A stretch of 64,000 nucleotides of DNA from Octopus sinensis (GCF_006345805.1 NC_043008.1:76074001-76138000); one strand, 5' to 3'. Shown: positions 1-13,030, counted from the first letter of the stretch. Translations and numbers: made by a program. Notes: generated by a model from the letters alone, not told the origin.

Positions 1-538
1 ACGACCCGATTCGGTTGATACATCTCCACTTTGGCACATTCGAGTGGTCCAGTCGGTACCTGTTGGACAGTTGGTAATGTCTGAGCCGGTCTTTGAGGCA
101 TTACATCCCCTCCCATTCCTATCTCTACCCACATAGTCTAGATGCGTGTCCAAGGTAGCGTTCCAATACTCCACTAAAAGTAAAGGTCGAGGCGTTCCCA
201 GAAAAACCTCTAGACGCCGAAAGAAATCCGGCCGACTCATTAAGGACGGTGCATAAACTGTTATCAGCCGAGAAGCACACCAATTACTGCCATCAACATC
301 CAAGACGACTAGCCTACCCTCCGAGTCTAGGAATATCGTTCTTACTTTGAGTTCCAGCCTCTTCCGGAGACAGAGAGAATTGTCTGCCAAACATATGCTT
401 GAAGGTCCGTGGGTTGTGGAGACTGGTCTCACTGATGAGTATGATATCCACATTCAGTAACTTGATGTCAGTTAAAAGGTAGCCTTGTTTCCAATATGAC
501 CCCAAGCCACGCACATTTATACAACCTATTCTATGCAA
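1..538 (-). mobile_element. Tx1/L1-clade LINE, ORF2 apurinic-endonuclease (APE) N-terminus, decayed; runs off the window start
   Basis: ORF 314..538 reads HRIGCINVRGLGS...DIILISETSL (APE start motif). A downstream frame gives SRPDFFRRLEVFLGTPRPLLLVG..NATLDTHLDYVG (GDWNA-type motif region). Homologous to the ORF2 start at 5768. Confidence 0.85.
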
Positions 539-589
539 GTTCCTATCGAAAGTTGTGTTTTGCTCACGAAAGGAAAAGGAAAATAATTA

Positions 590-626
<37 letters not shown>

Positions 627-631
<5 letters not shown>

Positions 632-1190
632 CTTACTGATGGAAAGTTGTTTGATCTCCTCCTCACAAATTTTTGTACATTTTTTTTTCATAAGTATTTT
701 TGAAATCTCCTTACTGCATTAGGGTAGAGAGATATCAGTGTATTGTGTATGTTTTGCGTCACGTGTAGGAATTTTGCGTGTCGTGGTGGTGTTGTGCGTG
801 GGTGATTGTTTGTTTTGACATTGACTTGTGTTATGTTGGTGTTTGCCCTAATGTATTGCATCAAGTCTGAATTGTTTGTGTTTATTGCTGTCAACATTGT
901 GGATTCCTTATGTGTTTCTGTGTTTGTGTTAACGTTTGTGTTTTGTGCAGATGTTTTGGTTTCGAAAGTGGTAAATCTCCCCGCTTTGTTGGTTTGCTTC
1001 CCTATTCTTTTTTCTCCCATTTTCTCCTCCCCACTGTGACCCTTGCCTTTCCTCCGTGTCGCTTTCATCGGATGGCATGTCGAAGGACGCAGAAAGTGGG
1101 AGAGGAGGGTATTGGAGTCTATTTCTGAGTGTGTTAATGTTGAATTTGTTGATGGTATTGGTGCTAGTTGGTAACAGTTGGTAGATAGAT
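627..1190 (-). mobile_element. Probable ORF1 C-terminal remnant of the same Tx1/L1 element (second copy 1245-1808)
   Basis: T/N/K-rich reading frame (MKATRRKGKG...RRFQKYL) directly upstream of the APE start, separated by a (CT)n tract. Assigned mainly by position. Confidence 0.45.
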
Positions 1191-1207
1191 AGATACATAG
1201 ATAGATA

Positions 1208-1249
<42 letters not shown>

Positions 1250-1799
1250 CTTACTGATGGAAAGTTGTTTGATCTCCTCCTCACAAATTTTTGTACATTT
1301 TTTTTTCATAAGTATTTTTGAAATCTCCTTACTGCATTAGGGTAGAGAGATATCAGTGTATTGTGTATGTTTTGCGTCACGTGTAGGAATTTTGCGTGTC
1401 GTGGTGGTGTTGTGCGTGGGTGATTGTTTGTTTTGACATTGACTTGTGTTATGTTGGTGTTTGCCCTAATGTATTGCATCAAGTCTGAATTGTTTGTGTT
1501 TATTGCTGTCAACATTGTGGATTCCTTATGTGTTTCTGTGTTTGTGTTAACGTTTGTGTTTTGTGCAGATGTTTTGGTTTCGAAAGTGGTAAATCTCCCC
1601 GCTTTGTTGGTTTGCTTCCCTATTCTTTTTTCTCCCATTTTCTCCTCCCCACTGTGACCCTTGCCTTTCCTCCGTGTCGCTTTCATCGGATGGCATGTCG
1701 AAGGACGCAGAAAGTGGGAGAGGAGGGTATTGGAGTCTATTTCTGAGTGTGTTAATGTTGAATTTGTTGATGGTATTGGTGCTAGTTGGTAACAGTTGG

Positions 1800-1828
<29 letters not shown>
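627..1828. repeat. Tandem duplication, period 618 bp (627-1210 / 1245-1828)
   Basis: Copies appear identical by eye; ORFs 688/1306, 806/1424 and 929/1547 are offset by exactly 618. Both junctions lie in (GA)n/(GATA)n. Confidence 0.95.
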
Positions 1829-1996
<168 letters not shown>

Positions 1997-3973
1997 ATAG
2001 AAAACAGACAGGTGGGTATGCAGACAGACAGATAAATAGATAGATATAATGTGAACGTGTGTATTTGTGTATGTTTTGTGTGTGTGTGCTTATGTGTGAG
2101 CGTGTGTGTATACATGTATGTGTGTGAGAAATTGCTAATGCAAATATTATTTTGGAGAAAAATTGACACAGTGACTTAAGAGTAAAACTTCTCACAACAG
2201 TTTGCCTGCATATAGCAACCCTGACGTTCAGTCACTCCTACTACGTTTGTTATTGTAAAGCCTGGAAGAAACAGGCTTCTGCTAGAGACCTTCGGAAACA
2301 TCAAGTCACATGGAACTGAATCAAACTGTTTTGAATAATGTGTGTACGTGGAGAGAGAGAGAGAGAGAGAGAGCTCGTTACGGAATTTAAAGGCAGTAAT
2401 TGTTTGAACCCATTGTAAGAATAAGGAAACATTTAATTTATTTACATTTTCCGCTCTCGTAGTACACTAGAGGTTACTGATGCTTAAGTCACTATCTGCT
2501 TCTTGTTGCGTGTTAATACAGTAGAGATAAGTGTGAAATTTACTCTACAATGAGGTGTGCGTGCGGCATCTATGAATATTTTCAGTTACATCTATGTATA
2601 AAAGTGAATGAATAATCATTAACTCCTGTGTTGCCTGCAACAAATATGTAATTGCTTTCTTGTATTATTTTCCTTTCTCCGGGGTGAAGGTCTTTCCGAT
2701 ATATTTTCAATGCATTTATTTAGCCAAATAGCTTTTTCTTTTCGAACTTTTCGCGATTTAAATGTCTTCATTGAGCACATAACTCCAAGAAAATGCTATT
2801 GATAGGTTTCATTTCTGGTACAAGTAAGATTCTGTTTCCTTTTACCGATTGTGTTCGTTTCATCTTGTATGGTTTTAGTGCTGATGGCCCATGCAATACT
2901 TGTAGCTCATTTATAAATAATGAATACAAGTTGATGAAGAATATCACTAATATCTTGAACAGAAGGTTTCTTCACAGAATGTAATCGGAATATCAGTTAT
3001 CTAACAATGCTGATACTTGTGTCATTACTGCTTGAGATAAATATTTATCTTAAAATCAACGTATAGTTGTGCTTGAATGCATCGAGTTTCAGTATGCATG
3101 TATTTGAGTATGTATGTATGTATGTATGTATGTATGTATGTATGTATGTAGGCGTGTATGTGTGTATGTATTCATTCAAGTGTTTACAGTAGCTTGTTTC
3201 ATTCCATTCATCAAACTGTTTCCTCTCTCTCTTTCACTTTATATACCTTCTTATATGTACGTAAATAATGTGTGTGTATGAATGCATGTTTGTATGTGTG
3301 TGTGTGTGTGTTTGTGGGACACAGTGTATATGTATGTATGTGTATTAAATGCTAGATGTATTAAATTATGCTTATTTGGAGCAAAGTAAAATGCTTTCTT
3401 TCTTTGTTGTTTATGCAACAACTTTTACAGTAAATCCTGACGTTTATGAAGTTAAGTAAAGATGAATTTATATTTTCTTGTCACATATGTTCTTAACCTT
3501 CAGTTTGTGCAAACAGATCCCCGTCAGTTTATGTTACATGTATGTGAATATGTAGATTGATGCTCACATGTACGAACAAATACATATGCGCGAACAAGGA
3601 GAGAGAGAGGGGGGGAGGGGGAGTGAACGAGTGAGTGAGTGAGTGAGTGTGTGACAAGATGACAGATAGGAACCTGATTTAAATTTTGAGAAAATATGAA
3701 AGCAAAAATTTTTGATCATTCAGTGTCTTCAGACATACTGCATCCACTACTTGTGCAACTCAGACGTGCAGGTTGGCAATTCTATATACATAGACGTGTA
3801 CACGTATATACATACATACAAACATATGTGTGCGTGTGTTGTGTGTGTGTTTGTGTGTGCGTGTGTTGTATGTGTGTGTCTGTGTGTGTGTATGTGTGTG
3901 TGTATTATAGATATGTGCATATTAGCATGTATGAATGCATGATTGTATGTATTTATATATTTAATATATTTTC

Positions 3974-4353
3974 CTTGTTTCAATGATTATACCGAAGCCA
4001 TGCTGGAGCACGGCCTTGAAGAGTTTTTAGTAGAATTAATCGATACTTTATTGTATCATTCACTTTTGCCAAACCTCTAAGTTACGGGTAAGTAAACAAG
4101 TAAACACCAGTCGTGAAGCGGTGGTGAGGGACAAACACAGACACGAAGCGACACACACATATTTATATGTTTATATCGGTATATATATAAATACGACGGG
4201 CTTCTTTCAGTTTTCGGCTACCAAATCCATTGATAAGACTGAAATCTATTGTCTGTTATAGAAGACACTCGCCTAAGGTGCTACGTATTGATACTGAACT
4301 CGGAACCACGCATTTAGGAATCAGACATGTTACCACACAATCACTCCTGCGCC
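3974..4353 (-). mobile_element. tRNA-derived SINE, family A
   Basis: Reverse complement of the well-preserved copy at 43691-44079 (head ...ctcctgcgcc, body gggcttctttcagttt, tail gccatgctggagcac). Confidence 0.8.
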
Positions 4354-4423
4354 TATGTAGCCACACATATAGACAGTAGCATAATCACAGATTTACCCAC
4401 GCTGCGCATTCGTACGCGCACAA

Positions 4424-4454
<31 letters not shown>

Positions 4455-4859
4455 AACTCATATATGTTTGCATATTATTGTTGTTGTTATAGAGAGAACA
4501 AGAAATATATTGGTGTAGATTTTTTAAAGTATTTTATAAAGAAATTTCTCCGATTGTAATCACATATTCAATAAGAGTATATTTATTAGAAAACATTTCC
4601 TATTCTCCATGCGGGTCACAGTGCACAGCAAGGAAATATCAAAACATAACCATGACGACAATCTATTCAACTATTGTTGGTGGCCTAAAAACGAAAATAC
4701 AAAATAAGACAGCGTATCTGAATATATATCGATCGCGTAGGAATTATTTTCCTTATTACAGTTCTTTATCTATACTCGATGTCTATAACAGATCTTTTCA
4801 TTTATTAGAAACCACGCACATTCTTTCATTGTAAATACCTAGCTAACATCTACACTTTT

Positions 4860-7800
4860 CGTGGAAATTAATATTTCCTGTAAGAAAAAAAAACAAGGTT
4901 GGGAAAATAAAATAAAAAGAGCACCAGCTGTAGAAAGATCACCACAAACATCAAGGAAAGCAACAAAAATAGCAACTGTGGCGGTGGCAGAGGCAGGTAT
5001 AACAACACCAGCAGGAAAACCGTCGGAGAGGTCAACCACGAAAACCAACACCTCGCAACCAAGCTCAACCACACCCTCTCTTATAAACAAGCACGCAGAA
5101 AATGATACACATACAAACACGAATTCACTTCCAAAATGAGGGGAGGAGGTTGCTACCGACACTGGTTCAAACGCATTGAAAAATAATGAGGAGGCGGGAG
5201 AGAGTAAAACCTAAAATCCAGAAAAAAAGTCAGAGGTGAGACATCTTGTCCTTCACCAAAACAAGATAACAAAGTAACTACACCCCTCACAACAAATACA
5301 GACACGTAGACAACTGTAGCACCACAATATATCAACTAAAGCAGCACAAGCACCAAACACCCCACTGCCGACAAAAAAAGTTCCAAAATGGAAGCTCTCC
5401 CCACAAACGCAAGAACAGCTAAAAGCAACGATGCAGGCATATAACTTCGTGTTAGTAAGGAAGGCCAACAAAACACTGATGGTCCTCTTATCACGAAGGG
5501 GAAACATTGAAAATAGTGGAGGGGTGAATCTGTGTGAACTAATACGTGCAACGTGCCAAAGTACATAATGATTGTGAGGATGGATTTGGACACTTTCCAA
5601 ATAATGAGGGATGCCTTTCAGACGATTTAGGGATACGTTAAGTAATGCAAGACTTCTATAAGGGTTCCCAAAAGAGTCCAGAGAAGAAATGGAGGTGAGA
5701 CCACCCGATCTCCAACGGCACCAGTGAGGTACGTAGCATTCCTTTCATTCCTTCTTTTTAGGTCAATATGGGGATCCTAAGAGTAGTTTGCATACATGTA
5801 TGTGGCCTGGGGTCCTCGTGAATGCAAGGTCACTTGCTCAATGACCTGAGTTTGCCGAATTTGGATGCAATAGCCATCAGAGAGATCATGATCCCGGACA
5901 GACGCAACTTAACACCCATTTTTGACGATTATGACATCTTTGCATCTCTTAGTCGCCAGGAATGGTGATAGGATGGCAGTGTTGTTCAGGAAAGGCCTGA
6001 ATCTCGAGATACGGTTGGTCTTTCTGGACCCAGAAGGTACGTCGGTGTCCCGGACATGAACGATAATGAAGGCAGTGATTTTAGGCAGGTCGCTGTGTAT
6101 GCTCTATTGGATAGGAGCAGCCGGATGTCTACAGACGTTTGGATGCCTTTCTAAGGAAGTATCGCTCTTTTGTGTTACTGACCAAAGACTGGAATGCCAT
6201 CTTGGATGGACGTGTGGATTGGGTGGGGAACAGATAGTAAAGAGGTGTGCACAAGCCTCAGTCATTTTCAAGTGGCTGACAGATTCAGACTGGATTACCC
6301 GAATGCCCCCGTGTGGACATGGGCAAACAGCGTCGGGTCATCCAGATTTCATCTAGATAGGATATTTTGTAGGACCACATATTTTCTACAGACCGCAAAT
6401 TTGTGATTTGTACGGTTGACCGAGACAGGTTTCATGGACAGGTCCTTGGATACTGGAAGCTGAACGTGTCCTTCCCGGCGCGTCACCCTTACGATGACCG
6501 ACATAGCAAGTAGTCCAGCGAAAGTTGACAGATGCAGTCGTCAACAACTGATGGGGGGTACCCTAAAACGGGGGATTAGAGTAGATGCTGTAAAATTTAG
6601 CAGCGAACTATCGATAGAGAAGATGAGAATAGAGGAAGATATAGTTAGGAAATACGAAGAGGTACTCAGGAGAAACATAGAGACCGACGTACTGGCAGCG
6701 AAATTGGTTCTGAACCACTTCTTCAACACCAAGCATAAAGGTTGCATTGTCAGAGTTAGGGTACGTCCTCTAAAATAGGAAGGAACGAAAGCCGTTCGAT
6801 GAGCCCAGGTGACCGAGTCTCAACGTTGTAATAAAAATACAATTCGATGTTTGAGGGGTCGGGACAGGCGCATGCTACACGTGTCCATGCAGATTTGTGC
6901 TGAATTCCACTGGCACTTTGCTGAACTGTACGTAGTGCGTGGTGGCCTGGAGGCAGAGGTGAACTTCACTTCTTACCTCGATGGTTTGCCACGGCTTTCA
7001 GTCACAGATGTGGAGTTCTGCGAAATGCCGATAAAAGCTATACAAGATATACGTGCCGCGTTGTCTAATTGCACGAAGGAAACGCTTCCGGAATAAATGG
7101 TCTGGTCTTCGAACTTTATACTCATATGACAGATTTGTTCGGTGCACTTTTGCGGGGTGTCTACCACGACTGGCAGTAGAACAAATAATCCCCAGATCTG
7201 TGAGCAGAGGTGTCGTGGCGCTACTGAGAAAGGGTCCGAACAAAAGGGAGATTGTTGATAACTTTAGGCCAGTAAATGTGGGTGTCAGTAGGGATCAACT
7301 GGCTGGTCTCTCCCGGAGGACTTTCGGACCGGGGCTATGGAGAACTTCCAGAAATTTCTGGCCTGGCAATGCTACCGGCGTGCTCTGCCTGTTCGCAATA
7401 ATTACAACAAGCACGTGAGTAGAATCAGACGGGCTTGTCCGAGATGTACACGGAGCGGTGAAAACTTTCTGCCGTGTCCATGCATTGCTAACTTGTGGGG
7501 CTTTGTCGAACAGTTATTGTCATGTGTAGGACGGATTCGGATATCGTCCCAGTCCATCTTGAAGATCACCATTCCTCCTTTCTTTGACCGGGAAGGACAA
7601 ACAGTTTTTCTCAGTCTGGTGGTTATGACGAAAGAGGTTCTGTGGTGGAGGCGACTGAAAGGGTTGAAGATGGGTACCTTCTTCTTCAGCCAAAGGCCTC
7701 ATTGATTTTTCAGGCTCCACTTGAAAGCGAAAGTGGGGCTGGAGGGGAAGGTGTTGTCATCAGTTAAGTTTGTTGAAAGGTGGATGAATGGGGCAAGAAT

Positions 7801-8086
7801 GGCCTGTGTGAATGGACCTACACTAAGTGTGCACCTGTAAGCTGAATGCAATGAGGAGAAGAGGTGGGGGCCTACCTGGGGTGTCTTTGGTGTTATGGGG
7901 TCCAAAGCATATGAGATTCCTCTACTTCTCGGTGGAACTTCTACCATTTGAAAAGTACATTGTTGGTTTAATCTCCTTGTTAATTGTTGTGGATTTTTGC
8001 TGTTTAGACGTTAACACCACTGTCCTGTATCTGTGTATCGTCCTTTATGTTTTTTGTTGTTTTTTACCCTAGTGGTTAATAAAAAA
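4860..8086 (+). mobile_element. Tx1/L1-clade LINE with ORF1 remnant, APE endonuclease, internal deletion of the RT domain, C-terminal zinc finger and poly(A) end
   Basis: ORF2 starts at ATG 5768 (MGILRVVCIHVCGLGSS*MQGHLLNDL). APE motifs include WTWANSVGSSRFHLDRIF. After DNFRP (~7272) it jumps to RRTFGPG...WQCYRRALPVR...CPRC, stop at 7838-7840, AATAAAAAA at 8078-8086. Many stops and frameshifts; 5' boundary uncertain. Confidence 0.85.
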
Positions 8087-9180
8087 TGTGGCAGATTAGG
8101 TATGCCGTGGCTTCTAAGGCGCAGACACGTCCTTACGTTACGCCTCCTGCACATATTTCTGGGCGGTGAACGTGTGTGGGCTCCGTTTGCGAGGTTCGCC
8201 TTTCCGCAGCTCGTCTCATAACTGGGGGAAGAAACGACAGAGACTCAGCATCTGACACTGAGAATGTTGTCAAGCGCTCACAACTCTCTCCCAGTCAGGC
8301 AATCGGACCGGTGGATACTCCTCTTTAGATATTTATAGAGGATTAGTGGTAAGGAAGTGCGACTACATTCTCGGAGAGACTCCGGGCGCCGACGACAATG
8401 AATTAGTTAGTCTTTTTCGGAGGACATTCCGGTCGAGAAATGTCATGGATAATTTCCAGATGTCCTTGGTCTAGCAGTGCTACCAGGGAGTACTACTGGT
8501 TTGAGATAAACTCTACAGGCACGGATGTACTGTCAGACTGGGTTGTCCGAGGTGCGTGCAGAGTGTCGAAACCGTTCTGCACTTCCTTGTTCAGTGTCCG
8601 GGCATTGTTTTACTTGTGAGGTTATGTCGAACCGCTGTCATAACGCGTGGAACGGATCCGTCTGTTGTCAGAGACTGTAGTGATGATCGCACCACCACCC
8701 TCCTTCAATCGGGCAGGTAAGGAAGTTTTCCTTTGCTTGGTGACTGTTGCGAAACAAGTTGTTTGGTGAATAAGGCTGAAAGACGTGAGGACAGATACAT
8801 TCTTCATTGGTAGAGCTCTCATTGACTTGAAAAAGAAAATAAGAGTGAAGTGGGAAGTGCTGTTGTAGAGTAAGTTTACTTAATGCTGGGTGAAAGTTGC
8901 GAAAATGGAGAGGGCAATGGCTTCTGGAATTTCAGAGGGGTTCGTCAATTATCCGTAAAGGCCTTCAGATACAGGAAGGCCACAGCTCTATCATCCTCCC
9001 AGCCACTTTTTTTTAAATCTTCGTATGCTATGCATACGTCCTTTCTTTTTTCCGAGTATAGCGTGTATTCTTCCTTTCTTTCTATTTCTATAATTTCGTT
9101 ATATATAAACCTCCACATTTAATGTCTGTCTTTGTATTGTCCCCGCAATCCTTTGCCACTGCAGCAAATACAAGAACTCA
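8087..9180 (+). mobile_element. Second, 5'-truncated Tx1/L1 LINE (post-RT region, CCHC zinc finger, 3' UTR)
   Basis: GRLGMPWLLRRRHVL at the start; CPRCVQSVETVLHFLVQC at 8544-8597; C-terminus homologous to 7560-7840. Confidence 0.85.
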
Positions 9181-9182
9181 TT

Positions 9183-9241
<59 letters not shown>

Positions 9242-9249
9242 TATTATTA

Positions 9250-9313
<64 letters not shown>
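9181..9313. repeat. (ATC)n(ATT)n compound microsatellite, probably the tail of minus-strand element X
   Basis: Direct reading; abuts element X at 9314. Confidence 0.9.
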
Positions 9314-9460
9314 GAGTGAGAGAGCAGTGGATGCTACCAAAGTGACACTGGGGTAGGATATACGAAGCCCAGTATACCCATCATGACTACTCGTCTGATG
9401 TACACTAAGCACATGCAACACAACCATATGTGCGCGACAGGGTGATCTCATATCAAGATA
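9314..9460 (-). mobile_element. Non-coding interspersed element X, 3' part
   Basis: Colinear homolog of 11041-11190 (gagtgagagag...cccagtatacccatcatgactac...gtgatctcatatcaagata). Confidence 0.8.
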
Positions 9461-10723
9461 CGAGGGGCGTTCAATAAGTAATGCCCCTGACCCACTTCCC
9501 ATAGTAGTAGAGCAACGACACTTGGCACAGTTATTAGTCTTTTCCTACATAGGAACCATCCAGAGTTGTGCATTTCTCCCATCGTTTGATACAGCCCTGG
9601 AGACCGTTTTTGTAGAAGACCCCAGCTTGGTCCTCCAAACACAACGTGACTTCAGAAATCAAGGCTGCATCATCTGGGAAACGCTTTCCTTTCAAAATCA
9701 ACTTCATGGCTGGGAAGAGGTGAAAATCAGAGGGTTCAAGGGGAGGAGTTCATAGCTGCACGCCTGTGCTTCTAATCTGGCGACACGTGAGTTGTGGACC
9801 GGAGCGTTGTCCTGCAGGAGGAGGATGACTTTGCTGATCTTGCCCCGCCTCTTGATTTTGATAGCTTCTCTTAATTTCCTCAAAAGTGAAGCATAATAGG
9901 CTCCTGTAATTGTGGTACCCTTTGCCAGGAAATCTGTCATCACTACTCCGTCCTGGTCCCAGAAGACTGTGAGCATAACCTTGTCAGTGGAGGGCTGCAC
10001 CCTTGCTTTCTTTGGAGGAGGTGAGTCACGGTGCTTTCACTGCATTGACTGGGCTTTGGTCTATGGATCATAGTGATGGACCCATGTTTTATCCTGTGTA
10101 ATCAGTCTTTTGAAAAATTTTGACTCATCTTCTTGGTACATCTCCAAATTCATCCTCGAGCTCTCAACGCGTTCTTGCTTCCGGAAAGGTGTGAGCAACC
10201 TGGAAATCCATCTGGCAGACACCTTTTGCATATGCAAATGGTCATGAATGATAGTTTCCACAGACCCGGTACTAATCTTGACCTTATGAGCTATTTGGCG
10301 AATAGTTATGCGTTGACCTTCCAAAATGGCAGCCTCAACTTGACGGACAGATGTCTCATCAACGGCAGAAGGAGGCGACCAGATCTGGGAGCTGTTTCCA
10401 CAGAGTTCCGACTATCTTTGAATTCACAATGCCAGCGTTTTACAAGGTCATATGATGGGGCATCATCACCATAAGTTACTTTCATTTCATCAAAAGTCTC
10501 CCGTGGTGTGCGTCCTTTCAAATACAAAAACCAGATCACTGATCGACACTCAACAGGCTCCATTTCACACTTGACTCAGTTCAAACACCTATAAATCGGA
10601 ATTAGTTCAGAGCTGTAATTTGCTACGTAATCTATAGAGGTATAAATAAGTGCACATGCAAAATTTCAGCTAGATCAAACAACTGCAAGTGGGTCAGGGG
10701 CATTACTTATTGAACGCCCCTCG
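9461..10723 (-). mobile_element. Mariner (DD34D) DNA transposon, 1263 bp, near full-length, inactive
   Basis: Perfect 37-bp TIRs (9461-9497 / 10687-10723) flanked by TA on both sides. Transposase pieces: HTH (MEPVECRSVIWFL...), WISRLL (WVPxxL motif), TQDKTWVHHYDP, LQDNAPVH, SDFHLF. Frameshifts; HPPYSPD segment deleted. Confidence 0.97.
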
Positions 10724-11040
10724 TACTTTCGGAATCTACTTGGTTTTTTAACGATATTGGCTTTTATCCAATTTTTTAACTATATTGGCTTTTATCCAAT
10801 TAGTCCTTAATGGCTGATTTTATGCAGCTGCTAACAAACTTATCACCCTGTTCAGCTTTCCTTTCTACAACTATAGCCATGTCTCACTACAACTGTTTGC
10901 TGCAACTTTGGTAATCTATCTTGCAACGCCTTATCCTACCAATCAGATATTTTTCTCTTCTTCTATTCCTACTCCTCCTCCTTCTCCTACTCCTTCTCCA
11001 TCTTCTTCTTCTTGATATTATTATTATCATTATTATTATT

Positions 11041-11498
11041 GAGTGAGAGAGTAGTACATGCCATGAAAGTGACAGTGGAGTAAAATATACGGAGCCCAGT
11101 ATACCCATCATGACTACCCGTCTGATAAGAATACACTAGGCTATGCAACACAACCATATGTGCACGACATGGTGATCTCATATCAAGATAAATAGCACAT
11201 GATCTTGCAGGTGGAGCCCAGTTAGAATTTTCTTCTGGTTAAGTAACCAATCCTGCTCAAAAGGTCCCTGAATAAGGATTGTTCAAGGAAGTTGAACGAA
11301 ACACTCATGTTTCCAAAGGGGAATTATCCAAAATTCCAAGAATTCCTATCAACACATGGCTACGATTCTCCCCCACTACTTCTGCTCATTATCAGAGGTG
11401 TATATATGGTCAGCCAATAAGTGATATGTTAACTAGTTAAGGTCAAACAACTGACAAGCAAATCTGTGGTATTGAGCAGAATATTTGCTGTAGCCCAT
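11041..11498 (-). mobile_element. Element X, longest copy (~460 bp), flanked by (TAA)n-type tracts on both sides
   Basis: Homologous to 9314-9460, 14379-14513 and 17610-17789; no ORF. Confidence 0.75.
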
Positions 11499-11806
11499 TA
11501 TTATCATTATTTTTATCATAACAACAACAACAATAATAATAATAATAATAATAATTATTATTATTATTATTATTATTATTATCATCATCATCATCATCAT
11601 CATCATTATTATTAATATTATTATTATGTTACTCAAACACAATTTTTAACAAATGCACAATTACTATAAACAGGCTAATTTCCCTAAAACTTTGCTATAA
11701 AGTCCTTTACCATCCGTTTTATATAGATAAACGTACACACGCATATGTACATATATAAATGCATACATACAAACATACATATATGAATATATATACAAAA
11801 ATATAC

Positions 11807-11837
<31 letters not shown>

Positions 11838-11854
11838 CATATGTACATATACAT

Positions 11855-11889
<35 letters not shown>

Positions 11890-11929
11890 CAAATAAATGA
11901 AAGAATGGAGTTGAAAGACGAATTAACAA

Positions 11930-13030
11930 AATTCCTTTATTTTCGACATATGTTTCGAAGGCTGCATATTCCTAATTTCGAAGGAATAAGGGGTGCATTA
12001 TGCCGCCTTCTCATCAGGAAAAACAAGGAACTTATGTCAGCATCATGATGCACAAAAACCTTTAGATGACTGCCCACACGGAGCCCATAGGGATAATGAG
12101 TGTTTCTTCAAAATATTCCGTTATAAGCAGTAACGTCAAAAATGGTTGAATGTAGAAGATTCTAGAAGGTTCAAGGGTTCAAACAAGGTTGGAGAAGACA
12201 GGCCTAAGAATAGGAAGGTGATAGGGTGCAGGTCATATGAATGGTGATTTTGTTGTTTTCTTTTGTGAATGAGTGCCTATGTGTGTGTATGTATATAACT
12301 GCATTAATGTCTATGTGTATGTAGGTGTGTGCGTGATTGTGTCTGTGGTTGGGTAGATGCCAAAAACAGACAGTGGTGAAGTGACAGGTTTGTGTCTATG
12401 TGTTTGATTGCGCTTACGATAGAGAGAGGGAAAGAGAGAGAGAGAGAGGAGTGCGAGGTAGAGAGACAAAGGTAAAACATACCTCAATGGATTGGGTAGT
12501 AGTCCTTTAAGAGTATAAAAATTGACTATGGGGGTGATATATAAATGGGACTATATTATTAAAATTCAGGGAGGTTATCTATATTAATCATTATTCATAT
12601 GAGTGAAAGGTGTGTTTTTGCCAGTGCATGCACCTATAGGTTTCCTCGACCATTGTATTTATTAAAGGGACTTTAGCGAACAATATATGGAAAAATTCGG
12701 AATTACAGACGCCACAAGAATTTCTGCCCTTTTCAAACGGAAAGGATACAGACAATATGGACCATTCCAGCTTGAAAGTTGTATTGCTGTCCTTAAGACG
12801 CCAAACTAATTTACTTAGTCCTGTGCTGTGTTGTTTTCTCTTATCTCGGAAAGTTTAATAATGATTGGAGATCCTGTGGGATAATTTAGAAGTAGTTGCC
12901 CCAATGTAGAAGAAGACATCGGTACCGGAAGAAATCTTGCACTGGTAAATGGAATTTCTAATTTTGGAATTGCTGGATAAAATGTTAGGGTTTACGTCCG
13001 AGACTAAGACGGAGTTTTTATTGTTATGAT
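11930..13030 (-). mobile_element. Penelope-like element 3' end: GIY-YIG endonuclease remnant plus terminal repeat (pLTR)
   Basis: SIYQCKISSGTDVFFYIGATTSKLSHRISNHY (GIY-YIG motif), then STGLSKLVWRLKD...LEWSIL...CGVC. A hammerhead lies at the 3' end. Confidence 0.85.
11940..12022 (-). ncRNA. Type I hammerhead ribozyme, canonical core
   Basis: Minus strand reads TTTTC-CTGATGA-GAAGGC...GCCTTC-GAAAC-ATAT-GTC-GAAAA. Stem I is 5 bp, stem II starts with 6 perfect bp, stem III is the palindrome ACATATGT, and the cleavage triplet is GUC. Confidence 0.9.

Noticed and set aside
9119-9502. Poly-His, poly-Asn, poly-Met and poly-Ile ORFs
   Set aside because: These are translations of (ATC)n(ATT)n; the same applies to 19960-20326.
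11290-11335. Hammerhead-like GTTCAA/TTGAAC-GAAAC...GTTTC in element X
   Set aside because: No CUGANGA directly precedes the putative stem II, and there is no stem I.
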